Shown: positions 58,956 through 64,000 of the stretch, in pieces
Layout: every line of letters starts with the position of its first letter
Position numbering within the stretch: the stretch's first letter is position 1
Assembly (NCBI GenBank): GCA_035697515.1
Contig: DASSCS010000111.1
Span: 4,557 to 68,556 of the forward strand
Length of the DNA stretch: 64,000 nucleotides
From: Acidimicrobiales bacterium
GTDB lineage: Bacteria > Actinomycetota > Acidimicrobiia > Acidimicrobiales > VFJN01
Reading direction: 5' to 3'
Position numbers and translations under genes: made by a program
Notes under the pieces: generated by a model
Databases searched by the model: none
The model's input: only the letters and a program-made list of their open reading frames with translations
Told to the model about the DNA's origin: nothing

Positions 58956-60596
58956 TCACCGCTTGAAGTGTGCGCCGAGGCGTTCACCGGTCGCGACCAT
59001 CGCCTGGTCCGACGCTCTGCCGGTGCCGCTGACCGAGCTGGTGGACATGGCGTAGAGGAGCACCGCGTGCGCCACCGCGTCGGACATCTCCTCGAGCGCC
59101 AGGGTGTTGATGTTGGTGATCACACCGAGGTACTCCAGAGCGCCGCCGTACGCCTCGTTCAGGGCTTCGTACAGGTCGGCGTCGGCGCCGTCGCTGATCG
59201 GGTCCATGCTGTCGCAGGCCTGGTGGTAGCACGGGTCGTACGCCACGACCTCGCCGTCGAACGTCGCCAGGCCGCCGTAGAGGGCCACCTGATCGACGGT
59301 CTTATTGTCCTCCGCTCCGGTGAACAGGCCACCCGCCGGGATCCCGGCGGAGATGAACGCGTCGTAGTCGGACCGACCGTCGAACGCCGTGGGCTCGGAC
59401 GCCAGACCCTGCGAGGCGAAGTACTCCTCGAAGACGCCTTCGATGGCGTGGCTGCCGGCGGGACCCCTGATCCCGAACGCCGAGCCGTCACCGTCGTACA
59501 CGAAGCGTGCGTAGTTCGGCGAGCCGATCATGTCGAAGTTGAGGTACAGCTCGATGTCCTTGGCCTCCGCCTTGGTGAGGCTGTCGACGTAGAACTGCGA
59601 GCCGATCAGGCCAGCCTCCTCCGCACCCCACCAGGCGAAGCGGATGGTGTTGCGCGGCTCGATACCGAGCTCGGCGATCTGCAGCGCGAGCTCCAGCAGC
59701 GTCCCCGAGCCCGTGCCGTTGTCCTCGATGCCGGGACCGGCCGGCACGGAGTCGAGGTGCGCCCCGGCCATGACGACGCGGTCGTCGCGCCCGGTCGGCG
59801 TCTCGGCGATCAGGTTCGACGTGGGCACGTCGAGCTCGATCAGCGTCTCGGTCAAGAGGTGAACGACGACCTCGCCCTCGTCGAGAAGCGCGGCGAGCTC
59901 GTTGCCGATCTCGAACGAGGTGCCGATGACCGGAAGGTCGTCGGTGAAGGCATCCCCGAGCGTGCCCGCCAGCGTCTCGGTGCGCCCCTCTTGTCCCTCG
60001 TTGAAGATGATCACGCCGACCGCACCGGCCTCGAAGGCGTTGTGGGCCTTGACCGAGAAGTCACACGTCCCGCGCTGGATCAGCGCGATGTTGCCTTCGA
60101 CGAAGCCAACGAAGTCAGTCGCCTCGCAGCCACTGGTCGACGTGCTCGCCGCGGCCCCTGGTGGCAGGACCAGGTCGACCGCCTGGAGCGTCGCGGTGAC
60201 GTCCCCGCTGCCCGAGTAGTCCATCGTGATGAAGTCCTCGCCGGGAACGTATGTCACCGGGTCGGGGGACACCCGCTCGAACTCGGGGGTGACCAGCTCC
60301 TGGAACGAGTTGAACAAGAAGTCCTGCCGGGTCACCTCATACCCTGCTGCTACGAGCAGGTCCTCGATGTAGTCGACCGAGGCGTCGTAGCCGGGGGTTC
60401 CGCTGGCGCGGGTGTCGCCGTTGTTGTCGGCGATCTTCTGCAGCTCCGCCAGATGATCCATGATCGCGTCGGCGGTGACCGCCTCCCGCAACTCTGTCGT
60501 GTCTGTCGGCACGGAGCCGCCCGCAGGCGCGACCAAGCTCGACAGCACGATCGTCGTAGTGACGGCAGCGAAGACAGCCCTTCCGGGTTTGAGCAC
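58956..60596 (-). CDS. Secreted M28-family aminopeptidase with PA domain
   Basis: M28 metal-ligand motifs HLDSVPAGPGIEDNGTGSG and WWGAEEAGLIGS, plus an inserted PA-like domain. GTG 60596 gives the signal peptide VLKPGRAVFAAVTTTIVLSSLVAPAGG. ATG 60689 is an alternative start. Confidence 0.85.
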   Translation of the reverse strand: MLKPGRAVFAAVTTTIVLSSLVAPAGGSVPTDTTELREAVTADAIMDHLAELQKIADNNGDTRASGTPGYDASVDYIEDLLVAAGYEVTRQDFLFNSFQELVTPEFERVSPDPVTYVPGEDFITMDYSGSGDVTATLQAVDLVLPPGAAASTSTSGCEATDFVGFVEGNIALIQRGTCDFSVKAHNAFEAGAVGVIIFNEGQEGRTETLAGTLGDAFTDDLPVIGTSFEIGNELAALLDEGEVVVHLLTETLIELDVPTSNLIAETPTGRDDRVVMAGAHLDSVPAGPGIEDNGTGSGTLLELALQIAELGIEPRNTIRFAWWGAEEAGLIGSQFYVDSLTKAEAKDIELYLNFDMIGSPNYARFVYDGDGSAFGIRGPAGSHAIEGVFEEYFASQGLASEPTAFDGRSDYDAFISAGIPAGGLFTGAEDNKTVDQVALYGGLATFDGEVVAYDPCYHQACDSMDPISDGADADLYEALNEAYGGALEYLGVITNINTLALEEMSDAVAHAVLLYAMSTSSVSGTGRASDQAMVATGERLGAHFKR

Positions 60597-61232
60597 CTTC
60601 GATCCCCTTCCCCTCGCGACAGCCACCGAACGCGGCAGACCGTCACCTGGCGTACCCGGCCATATTTGTGCATCGAATGCGAATGTCAAGTTGCGCCTGA
60701 CCCGTCTTCGGGACGCAGAGGTCGTGCCACTCGTGTGCCAGATCGTGAAGCCAGCCGAGCACTCCAGCGGTCACCAGCGGTCACTTCTGAGCCATCCACC
60801 TGCTCCCAAGCTGGCCCAGCCCACACCCGAGACCGCCTAGCGATCTTTGGAGCTGGTTGTCGAGGGCCGCGGGATCAGGCAGATCTGGCCCCTGGCGGGA
60901 GTCTGACCGAGACTCAACGTCGCGCGACTTCGCCCCGACCCCACCACCGGTGTTAGGAGTCTCACGGTTGGTCGAGCAGCGTTTGAACTCTGCCAGCGCT
61001 TCCTTGCATCCATCCACCAGTCGGCGCCAGTCTCGTCCATCGCCGCACACCCAGCTGCCCGCAGCGACCGAGCCAAGCCAGGATGGCCCACCCGGCCCAG
61101 ACTCAGTATGCGCTCGCAGCGACCCAGACGGGGAAACACCACTAGGCCGTTGCCCGGGCAGCCCTCACCGCTCCCGCCTCGGCCGACCCCTCTGGAGCTG
61201 GCTGACCCTCCGACCGCCGCAGAGGTGCCGCC

Positions 61233-61943
61233 GTGACTGACAAGACCGTCGCATTCGTGTTGCATCCGGGTCTGACCCCGCTGGACCTCATTGGACCGCT
61301 GCAGGTCATGAGCGCCCTGGAGGCTGTAGAGGAGATGTTCGGCGTCGAGTCCCGGCACCACGTCGTGGTCGTCGCGGAAAAACTCGACGCGGTGCCCACC
61401 CACACTCCGGTGCGGGTCGCGGCCACGTCCACCTTGGACGAGGTACCCGAACCGGATGTCGTCGTCGTCCCCGGCGGCGGTGCACCCACACTCCGTCAAC
61501 TGGCCAATCCCGTACTACTTGACTACCTGCGCCAGGTTGATCGCCGCGCCGATCTGGTCGGGTCCGTGTGCACCGGAGCGCTGCTGCTGGCGGGCGCTGG
61601 CCTTCTGGAGGGACGTCGCGCCACAACACATTGGGCGTATCACCGGTTCCTCGACCGCTTGGGGGCGACGTACGTGCCGGAGCGGTGGGTGGAGGACGAC
61701 CGGTACCTGACGGGTGCCGGCGTGTCGGCGGGAATCGACATGGCTCTGCGGTTGGCGGCCAGGCTCACCAACGATGACCTCGCCCGGATGGTTCAGCTGG
61801 GCATCGAGTACGACCCGCATCCGCCCCACGGCGGCATCGATTGGACCAGCGTCGATCGGGACATGCTCGCGGCGCGGGTCGAGGGGTTCGCGAACGACGC
61901 GCTGGCCGACCACCGGACGATGCTGGCCCGTCTGCTGGGCTGA
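61233..61943 (+). CDS. DJ-1/PfpI family protein (type-1 glutamine-amidotransferase-like fold)
   Basis: Nucleophile-elbow Cys GSVCTGALLLAGAG, followed by ATTHW and GVSAGIDMAL. GTG start. Confidence 0.8.
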   Translation: MTDKTVAFVLHPGLTPLDLIGPLQVMSALEAVEEMFGVESRHHVVVVAEKLDAVPTHTPVRVAATSTLDEVPEPDVVVVPGGGAPTLRQLANPVLLDYLRQVDRRADLVGSVCTGALLLAGAGLLEGRRATTHWAYHRFLDRLGATYVPERWVEDDRYLTGAGVSAGIDMALRLAARLTNDDLARMVQLGIEYDPHPPHGGIDWTSVDRDMLAARVEGFANDALADHRTMLARLLG

Positions 61944-62077
61944 CCCGCCGGGGGCCCACGATGCCAAGGCCGAGGACGGCCGGCTGGAGACCTGTACCCC
62001 CGGGGTGGAGATGTTGGGAGCCTTACGTGACCCTTGACCAACAGCCCGAGACACGTCGCGGCGCAAGTGGCGTCCAG

Positions 62078-62788
62078 ATGGAGGTGCCCCCGTTCTTCCA
62101 GCCCTACGCCACCGTGTTCGTTTCGTTGGTGCCGATCGTCATCGTGGTACTGCGCGTTGCGCGTGTCTCGAACTTCGAGACCACGACAGCCCGCGGCGTA
62201 CTGGAGTCACTCAGCCTTGTCCAGATCGTCGCGGGCACGCTGCTCCCGCTCGTACCGACGGTCCTATTCGTCAGTGCTTTGGCACTATCCGTGTACGCGT
62301 TCCGTGAGCGAACTCCGCTTGCTCGCGCCAGCCGCGTGGTAGCTCCACTCGTCGCCCTGTTCTGCATTGCGCTGTTCCCATGGGGAATCCTCGCCCTTCT
62401 CGTCGCTGTGACCCTCGTGGTTGTGGCGATCGAATGGGGGATCGCCCGCCACCGGTCGACGCGCTTCCTCGCGTCCTTCAACCTGAACTGGTTTCTCGCA
62501 GTGGGTGTCCTACTGATCGTCGGACAACTGTTCGTCTACGGCACGATGTGGCTCCCGGCCGATCGAATCCACCGGCGCGGTGGTGCGACCACCGTCGGGT
62601 ACGTCCTCGACTCGGGCATCGTCTGGACCACCGTCCTCGTCGACTCAAATCGGACCATCCGGCGAGTTCCGACCGACTCGATTCAGCGTCGAGTCGTTTG
62701 CCAGCTGAAGGACTCGGACATCGATGGCGAAGAGTCCCTGCTTGATCTCATGCTCAACCGGCGTCGGCAGCCGTATCCCGAGTGTTGA
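62078..62788 (+). CDS. Orphan polytopic membrane protein (about 5 TM plus a soluble C-domain of about 75 aa)
   Basis: Hydrophobic segments include VFVSLVPIVIVVL, IVAGTLLPLVPTVLFVSALALSV, PLVALFCIALFPWGILALLVAVTLVVVAI and FLAVGVLLIVGQLFVYG. No family recognised. Start ATG 62078 is uncertain. Confidence 0.55.
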   Translation: MEVPPFFQPYATVFVSLVPIVIVVLRVARVSNFETTTARGVLESLSLVQIVAGTLLPLVPTVLFVSALALSVYAFRERTPLARASRVVAPLVALFCIALFPWGILALLVAVTLVVVAIEWGIARHRSTRFLASFNLNWFLAVGVLLIVGQLFVYGTMWLPADRIHRRGGATTVGYVLDSGIVWTTVLVDSNRTIRRVPTDSIQRRVVCQLKDSDIDGEESLLDLMLNRRRQPYPEC

Positions 62789-63098
62789 GGGCCGACTACA
62801 GGAAGGACCGTTCCAGACGCGTCGCCGAGTGTCCGCCGACCAGTGGGGAGCCGATGGGGCAGCTCAACCCGATCGCGCGCTTGGCGAGTTGGATGGGACG
62901 GTCACGAACGGCTGACCCATATCGGCAGGTCACGCTGGACGGCGGCGGACGGTGGCGAGCGGTCTGGAGTGCATGACGCGCAGGCGGTCAGAGCAGGGCA
63001 CCACCCCGTTGCTCTCACCGTTGCTATCGGCGGCACGGGTGACCAGCACCGACACCGAATCCCATCACCTCCACTAGTCGTCCGAAGGCGACGCCCCG

Positions 63099-63329
63099 CT
63101 ACGTTGCCTCATCCCGCAGCCGCGCCCGGACGCTGGCGATTACCACTGCCACGGATGTACGGCGCGCGTCCGCGAGATCCTCGATAAGGAATCCGACCAG
63201 GTATGCGTACGCCGTCGCCGCGTCCTCTAATGAGTCGAACGCCTCGACCGCCATGCGCTCGGCCCCAGGATCTTCTCGCAGGAGTCCATGCACGACGCTG
63301 AGGGCAAGACCTGCTCGCTTCGGGTCCAC
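63099..63329 (-). CDS. Hypothetical small acidic, helix-rich protein (76 aa)
   Basis: Protein-like composition (MDPKRAGLALSVVHGLLREDPGAERMAVEAFDSLEDAATAYAYLVGFLIEDLADARR...). No family recognised, and it may not be expressed. Confidence 0.35.
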   Translation of the reverse strand: MDPKRAGLALSVVHGLLREDPGAERMAVEAFDSLEDAATAYAYLVGFLIEDLADARRTSVAVVIASVRARLRDEAT

Positions 63330-63519
63330 CGCGAGATCGTGTCAGATCGCCTGTCTCCGCCAGCCCCACCGTGTGGAGCCGGCTCACGCACCGGGGAGCC
63401 AGTAGGGGAGCCAAACTGGCCTGATCCGGTGCGTACCGGCCCGGACGGCCCCGATCGCCAGACCCCTTCCCACCTGGACTCTGGTTGTCTCGCACGCACC
63501 GCCACGAACACTCCGGAGT

Positions 63520-63589
63520 GCTTTGCAAGCAGGGGGTCGTGGGTTCGAGTCCCATCGTCTCCACCAGGCGTGACCAGGGCATCAGCGGG
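63520..63589 (+). repeat. Right copy of the direct repeat: orphan 3' half of tRNA-Ala (anticodon loop to CCA) plus flank
   Basis: 63520-63566 is identical to 57551-57597. No D-arm or 5' acceptor strand lies upstream, so it is a tRNA fragment (an att-site remnant), not a gene. Confidence 0.85.
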
Positions 63590-63707
63590 TTCGGTGGTGG
63601 TGTCGTTCAAGGCCGGGAAATCCTGCCGGTCGTGTCGAGAGTTGGGTTTCTGCTCCGTCCCAGTGTGAACGCGGCCAATGGGGCCGCTGTCACACGAGGA
63701 GCACACC

Positions 63708-64000
63708 ATGGCCAAGGACCTGACGCTCAAGCATCACCGAGGCGCGCCGAGCGACGTCGCCGAGATCCTGAAGAAGCCGATCAGCCAGGAGATGCTCAAC
63801 CGGGACCTCGCCCGTCTGGCGTACGTCGCCAAGGACGGCACCCCGAGGGTTGTCCCGATCGCGTTCACCTGGAACGGCACCGATGTCGTCATGTGCACCA
63901 CGACGAACGCCCCAAAGCTGGCGTCGCTGAGGCGGAACCCCGCGGTGGCCCTCACAATCGACACCGAGGTGCACCCACCGAAGATCCTGCTGCTCCGGGG
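63708..64000 (+). CDS. Pyridoxamine 5'-phosphate oxidase family (PPOX-class, probably F420-dependent) protein, 3' end outside the window
   Basis: ATG 63708 after GAGGAG. MAKDLTLKHHRGAPSDVAEILKKPISQEMLNRDLARLAYVAKDGTPRVVPIAFTWNG...LRRNPAVALTID is typical of the split-barrel PPOX family. The frame is open to the window end and is absent from the ORF track. Confidence 0.65.
   Translation, partial: MAKDLTLKHHRGAPSDVAEILKKPISQEMLNRDLARLAYVAKDGTPRVVPIAFTWNGTDVVMCTTTNAPKLASLRRNPAVALTIDTEVHPPKILLLR

Larger units (their letters stand above)
57598..63519. mobile_element. tRNA-Ala-associated genomic island remnant (about 5.9 kb; no integrase recognised)
   Basis: It is bounded by the direct repeat of the tRNA 3' half. 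Visibly lower GC: hand-counted 60-nt lines gave 50%, 62% and 68%, against 78% for the one hand-counted core-gene line. It contains an IS481-type element and genes unrelated to their neighbours. Confidence 0.65.

Noticed and set aside
57598-63519. Search for a tyrosine or serine recombinase, excisionase or conjugation genes in the tRNA-Ala island.
   Set aside because: No ORF on either strand shows integrase-like motifs (for example R..HxxR..Y). The only mobility gene is the DDE IS481-type transposase. The element is therefore called an island remnant, not an active integrative element.

Overview
This 64-kb window is the chromosomal replication-origin region of a very GC-rich actinobacterium. 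Hand counts of a few 60-nt lines gave about 70-78% GC in core genes. Gene order matches the Mycobacterium-type origin block: cca, an Rv3909-like protein, an ECF sigma/anti-sigma pair, trxB-trxA, parB-parA, rsmG-jag-yidC-yidD-rnpA-rpmH, then dnaA-dnaN-recF-dciA(DUF721)-gyrB-gyrA, a DUF3566 protein and tRNA-Ile. To the right lie housekeeping genes and a complete co-directional FAS-II block: fabD, a BCCP-like gene, fabH, fabG, acpP, fabF, an accD6-like gene, fabI and fabZ. After that come a MerR regulator, a cysteine-synthase-like gene, a serine hydrolase, prfC, two exported peptidases and tRNA-Ala. No rRNA genes or CRISPR arrays were seen. All family calls rest on motifs I recognise by eye, because no searches could be run. 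Many long R/P/G-rich ORFs in the track are off-frame or antisense artefacts of high GC and were ignored. The most interesting observations are:
1. A 2.2-kb stretch with no convincing gene lies directly upstream of parA. It carries four consensus parS palindromes (GTTCCACGTGGAAC) that occur nowhere else in the window, and it sits inside a 2.9-kb insertion that breaks the usual rsmG-parA adjacency.
2. A roughly 5.9-kb lower-GC island lies at tRNA-Ala, bounded by a direct repeat of about 70 bp (47 bp perfect) of the tRNA 3' half. It carries an IS481-type element and orphan cargo but no integrase.
3. A 96-aa BCCP-fold protein with no lysine at all is translationally coupled between fabD and fabH.
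4. rpmH lies wholly inside the only canonical-start reading frame of rnpA, as in Thermus.
5. About 265 nt upstream of prfC folds into three strong helical domains and matches no RNA family I recognise.
Smaller oddities include an ECF sigma factor without a canonical start codon for region 2.1, a tandem-HTH MerR divergent from the FAS-II operon, and a TadE-like/M15 peptidase fusion.
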